A stretch of 22,246 bases of DNA, taken from positions 1-22,246 of the IMG/VR virus record IMGVR_UViG_2706795421_000001; one strand, given 5' to 3'. The position numbers and the translations under genes were made by a program. Shown here piece by piece: positions 7,646 to 14,328 of this stretch; positions within the stretch are counted from its first letter, which is position 1; every line of letters starts with the position of its first letter. The stretch comes from a virus. Its lineage: Duplodnaviria; Heunggongvirae; Uroviricota; Caudoviricetes. The notes beneath the pieces were generated by a model. It had not been told where the DNA came from. It worked only from the letters and a program-made list of their open reading frames with translations, and did no database searches.

Positions 7646-8126
7646 GGTGAAGCGGTTCGACCATGTGAACCACGCTCACATTGATGACTGTGAACATGTT
7701 GAGTCCAGCGAAGGGGCGTGGGTGACGGCCTCCGACTACGACGCCCTAGCTGCCAAGCTAACCATGGCTGAGGACGCAGCAGCAAAGGGAGATGCTGCTC
7801 GCCAGCAATGCGGCGGAATGGAGATGGAGATCGAGGAACTTCGCGCTGAACTAGCGGAACTGCGCGCAAGGGTGGCTGTTGTGCCGGATGCGAGCACGGT
7901 GTATGCGGCGCTCGATGCTCGTGAGCGGTTATTCACAAGTCCCGAGAACATTCAGGTAGCGCTGGAAGCTCAATCGCGCCTCAACGGCATGACGGTCAGC
8001 GAGGAGCTGTTGAGGCTGGCCTTGGAGTTCATTATGGCAACTAACTGCCAGGGCTCTATCCCGCTTTGGCTGATTGAAGAACTTCGCGCCCTGCTCAACC
8101 AGGACAAGGAGAACGGCAATGGCTGA
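7638..8126 (+). CDS. Temperate-phage-type hypothetical protein (MSEVKRF..DYDAL N-terminus)
   Basis: SD AAGGAGGT; central coiled coil; C-terminal VSEELLR..EELRALL module. Confidence 0.8.
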   Translation: MSEVKRFDHVNHAHIDDCEHVESSEGAWVTASDYDALAAKLTMAEDAAAKGDAARQQCGGMEMEIEELRAELAELRARVAVVPDASTVYAALDARERLFTSPENIQVALEAQSRLNGMTVSEELLRLALEFIMATNCQGSIPLWLIEELRALLNQDKENGNG

Positions 8127-8409
8127 CGCACTGAGACCGCTGGCCTGGGCAACTATCTACAGCAGCCCTGGCAAAGAAGATATCGTCGAGATCGGAGATG
8201 CAAACCCAGTGCAGGAGCGCATGGCCGATAGCTTGGGGTTGCAGCACCGGAGAGTCCAGCTTGTAGAGATCCCCGCAGGGCATGTGTTGGTAAGCGAGGG
8301 GCTGTTGCGGCGTCTTGCCAGGCCGGCAGACCGTTACGATGAGGTTTTCACTTTGGATCGACATGAGGCCGCCGAAGAACTGCGCGCCCTGCTGAGCGAG
8401 CAGGCATAG
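8119..8409 (+). CDS. Hypothetical protein (96 aa)
   Basis: Start moved to ATG 8119 (SD AAGGAG); same C-terminal VSEGLLR..EELRALL module as the previous gene. Confidence 0.75.
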   Translation: MADALRPLAWATIYSSPGKEDIVEIGDANPVQERMADSLGLQHRRVQLVEIPAGHVLVSEGLLRRLARPADRYDEVFTLDRHEAAEELRALLSEQA

Positions 8410-8426
8410 CCACCCATCGCCAACTG

Positions 8427-8455
8427 CTGTACGCATATACAGCAATTCGGATAAT
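8427..8455 (+). promoter_or_regulatory. LexA (SOS) box overlapping a putative promoter
   Basis: CTGT-ACGCATAT-ACAG at 8427-8442 (CTGT-N8-ACAG) within the palindrome TGCTGTA..TACAGCA (8425-8444), in a short intergenic gap. GATAAT at 8450-8455 is a candidate -10. Confidence 0.78.
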
Positions 8456-8480
8456 GGGCTACCCACTACCCGGATTGCAT

Positions 8481-8771
8481 ATGCGCACGAAACCCTTCCG
8501 CCCGCCTCAGCGGCATGAGATCGCCGGCCTTCGCTACTACCGCACTGCCTCGGCCTACAACTGGCTCGGGATCACGATGGCGCACCCGACCCGAGCAATC
8601 CAGTTGCTGCTCGAACAGTGCGAGCCAGACGTGCTCTTGCCGATGTTCAACATCGAGATCGACGCGATCCTGCGCCAGGCCGACGAGTACGCGAAAACCG
8701 GACAGGTGCTAGAGCGCGAGCAACTGCGCGAAATGCTCATGCACCTGATTTCCAAAGCAGCTGGCGACTGA
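8481..8771 (+). CDS. Hypothetical protein downstream of the SOS box (96 aa; alternative start 8454)
   Basis: Host-like codon style. ATG 8454 overlaps the candidate -10, so ATG 8481 is preferred; its SD is weak. Confidence 0.7.
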   Translation: MRTKPFRPPQRHEIAGLRYYRTASAYNWLGITMAHPTRAIQLLLEQCEPDVLLPMFNIEIDAILRQADEYAKTGQVLEREQLREMLMHLISKAAGD

Positions 8772-8920
8772 TACCGATGCCGGAATCCCGGCATCGCCAC
8801 CGCCACCTTCGGCCAGGCTGAGACCCGCATTCCTGCTGGGTTTCAGCACAAAAACTGGACGATTTGGGCCAGCGAGCCCGCCACCCCAAATCAACGAATC
8901 CGACCCCCGGAGGACCCACC

Positions 8921-9067
8921 GTGGACAACAGAAACGAAACCCTGGTCGCGCTACTGGTCATCGCGCTGATCGTCTTCGGCATCTTCCGGATAGTCGGGGA
9001 CTTCCAGAACCTCTACGAGCAGACAGAACAGAAAGGACAGGAGTTGAGCAGATGGAGCAAGCAGTGA
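8921..9067 (+). CDS. Small single-pass membrane protein (48 aa)
   Basis: GTG 8921 with SD GGAGGA; hydrophobic LVALLVIALIVFGIF followed by R. Confidence 0.7.
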   Translation: MDNRNETLVALLVIALIVFGIFRIVGDFQNLYEQTEQKGQELSRWSKQ

Positions 9068-9537
9068 ACAGGCGAGAGGTGACATTCCTCTCCGCAGTGG
9101 ATGCCAGCAGGATCGAGACGCCGAGTAACGTGATCAGCATCGGCAGCAAGGGCGACTGGTATGCCTTTGCCTGCGATCACAAGCGCGTTCTGCGGCTGGA
9201 ATTTGATGATGTAGACGGATACCTGGGAAGCGATGGTTTTCGGGTGTTCAGCCACATTGACGCCAAGCAGATCCACGACTTCGTGAACGAGTGTGGTGAT
9301 GAACCGATCATCGTTCACTGCCAAGCAGGCATGAGCCGATCCGCTGCGGTCGCCAAGTTCCTGGCCGACAAACGCGGCTACACGTTGAACCTGTCGAAGC
9401 CTTGCCTTGGAACCACGCAATTCTACAACCGCCACGTCTACGGAACGTTGAACCTCAACGACGCCGAAAGCATGAGCGCCTATTACGCAGAGATGGAGCT
9501 AGCCGACCGGCTGCGCGGCCATCCAAAGGAGTCCTGA
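9052..9537 (+). CDS. Protein-tyrosine or dual-specificity phosphatase-like protein (CX5R)
   Basis: IIVHCQAGMSRSAAVA matches HCxxGxxRS; an upstream acidic loop EFDDV is present. Start 9052 or GTG 9064. Confidence 0.85.
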   Translation: MEQAVNRREVTFLSAVDASRIETPSNVISIGSKGDWYAFACDHKRVLRLEFDDVDGYLGSDGFRVFSHIDAKQIHDFVNECGDEPIIVHCQAGMSRSAAVAKFLADKRGYTLNLSKPCLGTTQFYNRHVYGTLNLNDAESMSAYYAEMELADRLRGHPKES

Positions 9538-9539
9538 TC

Positions 9540-9704
9540 ATGCCTGAGCTTAGACCATGCCCCTATTGCCGAGGCTATGACCTAGAGCGTCGCTGGTGTC
9601 ACGTTTGCAATGGCAGTGGCGTCGTTGATGTCAAGGCTCAACAGCGAGAGCGCGCAGAGATTGTAAAGGCGCTGCGCGAAGCCGGAATTGAAGTGAGGGA
9701 CTGA
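9540..9704 (+). CDS. Small zinc-ribbon protein (54 aa; Lar-like N-terminus)
   Basis: Start moved to ATG 9540 (SD AAGGAG); ELRPCPYC and CHVCNGSG; ends ALREAGIEV. Confidence 0.7.
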   Translation: MPELRPCPYCRGYDLERRWCHVCNGSGVVDVKAQQRERAEIVKALREAGIEVRD

Positions 9705-9706
9705 CC

Positions 9707-10036
9707 GTGCCTGACATGAGAGAAGATTTTGAAGACCGCTTCCCGATCCCTGAAGGTATCGAGTGGCGTGACACCGATTACTTCCCGATGCAGACCGATA
9801 ACGTCCACGTATACGTGGCTCTTGCCGGAGTCGCTGCTCGCTACACGTCGATGTGGCATGCCTGGCAAGCCAGCCGAGAGGCTCTAAAGGTACAGTTGCC
9901 GGACGACGGGATAGAGGACTGCCAGCGAGACTGGCCAAACTCCTGCCGAGACAATTTCGATACCGGTTACTGCTATGCAACTGACCGGATCATTCAAGCC
10001 CTCCAGAAAGCCGGAATCGAGGTGGAACATGGCTAA
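9707..10036 (+). CDS. Temperate-phage-type hypothetical protein
   Basis: GTG start, SD GAGGGA; MREDFE..WQASR and C-terminal ALQKAGIEV modules. Confidence 0.75.
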   Translation: MPDMREDFEDRFPIPEGIEWRDTDYFPMQTDNVHVYVALAGVAARYTSMWHAWQASREALKVQLPDDGIEDCQRDWPNSCRDNFDTGYCYATDRIIQALQKAGIEVEHG

Positions 10037-10223
10037 TCAATACCTCAGACCCGAACAGATGGTAGAGCCTGGCTACTACTGGTGGTTGCCAGAATATCTG
10101 AGCACTAGCCCAGAGAAGCAAGAGAACTGGCAGATAATCTGTTGGCATCCTTTAGACACGTCCAGGGAGCGTGTCGGGGTATTCGTCGGACCTTTGACTC
10201 CACCTACGGAGACCAAGTTATGA
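10029..10223 (+). CDS. Small hypothetical protein (64 aa)
   Basis: Start moved to ATG 10029 (SD GAGGTGGA); EPGYYWW motif; ATGA overlap with the next gene. Confidence 0.68.
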   Translation: MANQYLRPEQMVEPGYYWWLPEYLSTSPEKQENWQIICWHPLDTSRERVGVFVGPLTPPTETKL

Positions 10224-10696
10224 CCGATCACGCAAAGCTGAGGAGGCTGGCTAAGGCGGCAACTCCTGGGGAGTGGCATGCCGTGTGGGAGGAAGGGGAT
10301 GACGCAGCATGGGCGAACCTCTTCCCGGTAATTTATGCAGAGGGCGGAGAGACAGTGATCGGAAACGAAGGTTTCTACTCCGACCTGGACCAGGATAAAG
10401 CTAACGCTCAATTTTGCGCAGCAGCCAACCCCAAGACCCTTCTCGCCCTCCTGGACGAGATTGGCACGCTCAGGGAGGAAGTCTTGGCCCTGCGCGAAAA
10501 GGTTGGGGTTGCGCCTACCCGTCTAACGGACGGAGACAGTATTGGCAGCATGTTGCGAGAGATAGGTTACGCCGGTGAAGTCAGTTACCATCATGCACGA
10601 GAAATTTGGAACGCCTGTATCGACGAACAGGAGCGCCTCAGCAGCCTCATGGTGAGCGAGCAAGAGGGAGGTAATGATGTCAGCAATCATCAGTGA
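10220..10696 (+). CDS. ead/Ea22-like family protein (158 aa)
   Basis: Start moved to ATG 10220. LRRLAKAATPGEW and ANAQFCAAANPKTLLALLDE are the family hallmarks. Confidence 0.75.
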   Translation: MTDHAKLRRLAKAATPGEWHAVWEEGDDAAWANLFPVIYAEGGETVIGNEGFYSDLDQDKANAQFCAAANPKTLLALLDEIGTLREEVLALREKVGVAPTRLTDGDSIGSMLREIGYAGEVSYHHAREIWNACIDEQERLSSLMVSEQEGGNDVSNHQ

Positions 10697-11177
10697 GTGC
10701 GGTAAATATCGGTACCGCCTGGATCGAGATTGTTCGCCACCCTTTGAGGGTAGCAAGGTGTACGCCTACTTCGGTGTTAACCCCAGCACGGCGGATGCCA
10801 GTACAGACGATGCTACCGTCCGAAAGTGGCGAGGCTTCACCGAGAGAAATGGAGGCCATAGGTTCATTGTGGGGAACGTCTTCTGCTATCGTGCCACCGA
10901 CGTGAAAGAGCTGCGAAAAGTGGACGACCCGTTTGGACCTGAAAGCGTGGATTACTTCCAGTCCATCCTGGCGGAAGCTGACATCCTGGTACCGTGTTGG
11001 GGTAGCCTGTCAAAGCTACCCAAGCATCTTCGTGGGTGCCCTCCTCAACTTCTTCAGTGGATGCTCCGCTCTGGTAAGCCTGTCATGTGCTTCGGGCTCA
11101 CCCGGTGTGATCAACCAAAGCACCCCCTTATGCTGGGGTACGACACTCCTTTGCAGGAGCTTGCAGGGAGCTGGTGA
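10674..11177 (+). CDS. DUF1643 family protein
   Basis: SECGKYRYRL, GVNPSTADA..DD.T, GNVFCYRATD and PKHPL motifs. Confidence 0.85.
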   Translation: MMSAIISECGKYRYRLDRDCSPPFEGSKVYAYFGVNPSTADASTDDATVRKWRGFTERNGGHRFIVGNVFCYRATDVKELRKVDDPFGPESVDYFQSILAEADILVPCWGSLSKLPKHLRGCPPQLLQWMLRSGKPVMCFGLTRCDQPKHPLMLGYDTPLQELAGSW

Positions 11178-11195
11178 CTCTTTTCACCTCGACTT

Positions 11196-11226
11196 AAACC
11201 CCGGGCCTTGACAGGTCTGGGGTTTT
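11196..11226 (+). terminator. Intrinsic terminator-like hairpin whose loop is exactly TTGACA
   Basis: AAACCCCGGGCC (11196-11207), TTGACA, GGTCTGGGGTTT (11214-11225): 12 bp with two G-U pairs, running into a T-rich tract 19 nt after the DUF1643 stop. Confidence 0.72.
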
Positions 11227-11236
11227 GTCGTATCTT
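11208..11236 (+). promoter_or_regulatory. sigma70-type promoter embedded in the hairpin
   Basis: TTGACA (11208-11213), 17 nt spacer, TATCTT (11231-11236); SD AGGAGGTG and ATG 11260 follow. Confidence 0.8.
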
Positions 11237-11259
11237 ATTTTCAACAGCCAGGAGGTGAT

Positions 11260-11517
11260 ATGAACGGTTCTAGAAAATTTCACAGCCCCGATGGTCCAGC
11301 CTTCTTCCCGGGTGAAATATGGGTAAGTTGCGAAGGGTTTGAGGTTGAGATTCTGAAGGTTGAACGGTACGGTACCGACAAGTGGGATGTTGACGTTTAC
11401 TACCTCCAGTGTCGGTGGAAAAATGCAGATGATGCCGTATTTGTGAAGGATGCTTGGAATTTCCAAGTGAGATATGAACATCACGCAGATAGGAGGGTAC
11501 ATGAAAAAATTCTCTGA
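11260..11517 (+). CDS. Hypothetical protein (85 aa)
   Basis: Strong SD; first gene after the promoter. Confidence 0.8.
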   Translation: MNGSRKFHSPDGPAFFPGEIWVSCEGFEVEILKVERYGTDKWDVDVYYLQCRWKNADDAVFVKDAWNFQVRYEHHADRRVHEKIL

Positions 11518-11650
11518 GACTTACTACTCTTGGTCGGGGGCTGCCAGCCGGGCAAAAGTTCTTACTGACCTGGGTTGGATTGTCTCTCTTCACAGGGAGA
11601 AGGTCGAAGGTTCTACCAGTCTTGTTTGGAAATTGGAGGCAACGCGATGA
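11501..11650 (+). CDS. Small hypothetical protein (49 aa), absent from the ORF track
   Basis: Translated by hand: MKKFSETYYSWSGAASRAKVLTDLGWIVSLHREKVEGSTSLVWKLEATR. SD AGGAGGG at 11491-11497; ATGA overlap with the next gene. Confidence 0.75.
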   Translation: MKKFSETYYSWSGAASRAKVLTDLGWIVSLHREKVEGSTSLVWKLEATR

Positions 11651-11856
11651 GTGAGAAAGGAATGATCCTGGCAAAGTACACTGGCCTTCTGTGTGGGGTT
11701 AAAATCCTACAGCATCAAGGAGACAAGGTTCGTGTGAAAGTGAGCGATGAAAAGCGTCCCAAATGGGTTGACCTGTCTTCTGGCTCCTACAAGCTATTCA
11801 ACAACACTGATGAAGCAATCCAATGGATCGAATCTGAAGGAGTTGACCCATGCTGA
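11647..11856 (+). CDS. Hypothetical protein (69 aa)
   Basis: Start moved to ATG 11647 (SD GGAGG, ATGA overlap). Confidence 0.78.
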   Translation: MSEKGMILAKYTGLLCGVKILQHQGDKVRVKVSDEKRPKWVDLSSGSYKLFNNTDEAIQWIESEGVDPC

Positions 11857-12149
11857 GAACCGGTGTCCAGAGGTTCTACCCTTTTATGAGTGACACTCAT
11901 GTAGCATTGTCGGTGGATGCCTGGGGAATGGTAAGGTCTTACTTTCCTAATCTTCGAAAATCCAGCCCGTTGCTGAGCAAGTTGATAGTGATTGATCACC
12001 CAGGCCTGAACCCTCAAGAAAAGATGGTACTTAATTCCCGGAGGAAAACGTACCATCACCTGGTTGCTGTGGCCAAGGAATTAAGCCATAGCGTTCACCC
12101 ATCCAAGGCAAAACGTCTCCACCGCATAGCCTCGATGCTATCGAAGTGA
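11850..12149 (+). CDS. Hypothetical protein (99 aa), last rightward gene
   Basis: SD AAGGAG; ends just before the terminator. Confidence 0.75.
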   Translation: MLRTGVQRFYPFMSDTHVALSVDAWGMVRSYFPNLRKSSPLLSKLIVIDHPGLNPQEKMVLNSRRKTYHHLVAVAKELSHSVHPSKAKRLHRIASMLSK

Positions 12150-12153
12150 CCCC

Positions 12154-12182
12154 AAAGGCAGCTATTTAGCTGCCTTTTTTAT
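12154..12182 (+). terminator. Intrinsic terminator at the strand-convergence point
   Basis: AAAGGCAGCTA-TT-TAGCTGCCTTT perfect inverted repeat (12154-12177) running into TTTTTTATT. Confidence 0.88.
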
Positions 12183-12346
12183 TGCCCTTTTTCAGCCCTG
12201 CTTTGATCCTCGTCCCACATTTCCGTACAAACTGTAGTCCCCTTCACGTCTTTTGAGAAGACTTCTTTTGATCCTGTATATACCCCCTTCCCGGCTGTGA
12301 AAGTTATTGTGTAAGCTTGGCATTTCAAACCGGCCAGGGCCTTCAT
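12179..12346 (-). CDS. Possible small hypothetical protein (55 aa)
   Basis: Fills the gap between two terminators and stops at the convergent one; the SD is poorly spaced and no promoter was seen. Confidence 0.3.
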   Translation of the reverse strand: MKALAGLKCQAYTITFTAGKGVYTGSKEVFSKDVKGTTVCTEMWDEDQSRAEKGQ

Positions 12347-12359
12347 CCTTCTTTCATGC

Positions 12360-12396
12360 AAAAGAAAACCCCGCCAACTTCCGTCAGCGGGGTTTC
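12360..12396 (-). terminator. Intrinsic terminator of the leftward operon
   Basis: Minus strand AAACCCCGC, 12-nt loop, GCGGGGTTTTCTTTT, about 20 nt past the stop at 12418. Confidence 0.8.
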
Positions 12397-12417
12397 GTTC
12401 AACCCGGGTATTCGACC

Positions 12418-12726
12418 CTAGGTGTTACTCTCATAGCCTGTGCAAAGATAGTCATCAGGCGCTGTCCAGTCGTCTTTCAACCTGGAGACTGTCAAAGGAA
12501 CGCAGCACTCTTTACGGAAGCAGGAAGTCTCACACCTGTGATGACACCTCCCTCCGTCCAGGCAGCGAGTTCCCAGAATTTCATCTTCTCCTGCCAATAT
12601 CCCACACTCAGCTTTCAAGTCGGCGGCCTTAATCCGATTAAGCTCCATTTTCACCCATCTCCTCCTCTCTTGCCTTGTCAAACCTGGAGGGAAAGATATT
12701 ACATCCTCCGCGTTTTCTTCCGTCAA
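12418..12726 (-). CDS. Hypothetical protein with Cys-rich C-terminus (102 aa)
   Basis: Start preferred at TTG 12726 (TTGA overlap, SD GGGAG); CLDGGRCHHRCETSCFRKECC. Confidence 0.72.
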   Translation of the reverse strand: MTEENAEDVISFPPGLTRQERRRWVKMELNRIKAADLKAECGILAGEDEILGTRCLDGGRCHHRCETSCFRKECCVPLTVSRLKDDWTAPDDYLCTGYESNT

Positions 12727-13001
12727 AACGGAAGCTCCCACTTGATGAGGCTTTCCAGGGCTACCTCGATATCCTTAGCCCTCAAAGGGTCTTCGTGGCC
12801 TTCAACGGGAAATGTTGCCTCAACTTTTACTGCATCAATGAGACAAGCTCCTGGAACCTTCCGTACTACTGTTGGGACCACGATGGAGACGATCTCACAC
12901 GCCGGGGCATAGCTATAGACCTCGAACTCCTCTGAAGCCCATTCATACTCATTCCCTTCGGGAGTCCACCGCTTCCATACAACGTTGACGACAATCTTCA
13001 T
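12723..13001 (-). CDS. Hypothetical protein (92 aa)
   Basis: ATGA overlap with the upstream gene. Confidence 0.75.
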   Translation of the reverse strand: MKIVVNVVWKRWTPEGNEYEWASEEFEVYSYAPACEIVSIVVPTVVRKVPGACLIDAVKVEATFPVEGHEDPLRAKDIEVALESLIKWELPF

Positions 13002-13186
13002 TCATTCCACCTCGTACCACCATGATCTTTTCTTTCCAGCATCTGCTTCTCTTGGGCTTCCTGGAACTTAGACTCATCCCAGGAAGACTTAGTGTCAACC
13101 AGGATTGACGCCAGAATACCCAGGATTGCCAGGATTGCCAGGACGATCATCGCCTCTGTCAGGGTGAACCCTTTTTCCTTTTTCAT
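12998..13186 (-). CDS. Type IV prepilin-like (class III signal peptide) mini-protein (62 aa)
   Basis: MKKEKG/FTLTEAMIVLAILAILGILASILV: basic leader, G-F cleavage site, Glu at +5 and a hydrophobic helix. SD AAGGAGG; ATGA overlaps on both sides. Confidence 0.82.
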   Translation of the reverse strand: MKKEKGFTLTEAMIVLAILAILGILASILVDTKSSWDESKFQEAQEKQMLERKDHGGTRWNE

Positions 13187-13758
13187 TCAGCCTCCTTGCC
13201 CTGGACAAGCAAGGTATTGGCTTGACGTTCCATCTCGGCGATGTGAAGGCGCTGGAAGCCGTTCTGAGTTTCCATGGGAGAGAGCAGTACCTGGTTTGCC
13301 GGGTAACCTTCCTCCGGGGTTTCTTTGGTGTCAGGCTGGGGAAGGTAGCGGCGCCGTTCCAGCTCCTCGAACAGGACAGCCATATCTTTGTCCATCTCTC
13401 GGGTACAGGTGATCACACCATTGATTTTCCAGCCTACACCGCCGCCGTGGATGGAAGTTACGCTGACAGTGAAAGGGTCATGTTTGTTGCTCATTTGGGT
13501 CTCCTGAATGTGAATGGAAAGAACGTCTTGTTGAAGAGCGTCCAGGTAGGTGCGGACCTCTTTGTTTCGGTTGGCCTGGCTGTCCAGGTGGCTCAGATGT
13601 ACATAGCTTGCAGGGCCCAGCCGTGCAGCCCTGTCCGAAACCAGGTTGAACAGCTTGAGGGTATCTCGCTTGAGATTTCCCGACAGAACTATCCAGGAAG
13701 GCTCAAACTGAGGGCCGTCTGCATGATCGGTGTACAAGTCTACGGTCAGCGTGCTCAT
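13183..13758 (-). CDS. Hypothetical protein (191 aa; possible internal start at 13494)
   Basis: SD AAGGAG; continuous ORF in the operon. Confidence 0.75.
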   Translation of the reverse strand: MSTLTVDLYTDHADGPQFEPSWIVLSGNLKRDTLKLFNLVSDRAARLGPASYVHLSHLDSQANRNKEVRTYLDALQQDVLSIHIQETQMSNKHDPFTVSVTSIHGGGVGWKINGVITCTREMDKDMAVLFEELERRRYLPQPDTKETPEEGYPANQVLLSPMETQNGFQRLHIAEMERQANTLLVQGKEAE

Positions 13759-13759
13759 G

Positions 13760-13996
13760 TCATACTCCTTTGTCTGCCATGGCTAGTACCAGTTCAGTTC
13801 GGATGTGTATGGTGCTTGGGGCTCCTTGGAGTGACCAATCATCATACTGTCCTGAATGTTCTTTCAAAAAGCTGAACAAACATTCCTCAATGTACTCCTT
13901 ATCCCCTGTGAACTCCCTCCGACAGATTACATCATATCCTTCATTTTCATTGTCGGCGTAATTCTTCAGGTTAACTGTGATCGTTTGGTTTTTCAC
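13760..13996 (-). CDS. Hypothetical protein (78 aa)
   Basis: GTG start with GTGA overlap; SD GAGGAG. Confidence 0.75.
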   Translation of the reverse strand: MKNQTITVNLKNYADNENEGYDVICRREFTGDKEYIEECLFSFLKEHSGQYDDWSLQGAPSTIHIRTELVLAMADKGV

Positions 13997-14328
13997 AGTA
14001 TCTCTCCTCTTTCACGGGCTTCAGCCTCAACCTCGTCCGTCAAGATTTTCTGGAATTCCATCGTACACTGGTAGACCATCTCATTCAAGATTCTCTTATT
14101 GAGCCTCTTGCGACGGTTCTCGTGTTCCAGCACCTGGCACGCTTTTGGACGTTTTGGAAGCTTGCCTACCAGGCAGTCGTACTGCTCCACGGTCAGCACC
14201 CTACTTACCTGGACACTTCCAAAACCGTTTCCAGGGTCAGTCATAACTTCCAAATAGGAGACGTAAGCCAGACCATGAAACGCCTCTTCCAGGCTGTTCA
14301 GCTTTAACTCAATCACGTCTAGTCCCAT
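13993..14328 (-). CDS. Hypothetical protein (111 aa)
   Basis: Overlaps both neighbours; SD GAGGT. Confidence 0.75.
   Translation of the reverse strand: MGLDVIELKLNSLEEAFHGLAYVSYLEVMTDPGNGFGSVQVSRVLTVEQYDCLVGKLPKRPKACQVLEHENRRKRLNKRILNEMVYQCTMEFQKILTDEVEAEARERGEIL

Noticed and set aside
5984-10696. Calling the island a prophage or mobile element, or its genes anti-CRISPRs
   Set aside because: No integrase, transposase, att-like repeats or aca-type HTH gene was seen, and no Acr sequence was recognised.
12306-12314. Isolated ATTGTGTAA matching the iteron core
   Set aside because: A single 9-mer match in 22 kb is plausible by chance and it lacks the flanking context.
13222-13875. 217-aa plus-strand ORF
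   Set aside because: Antisense to the coupled leftward operon; no SD or promoter support.
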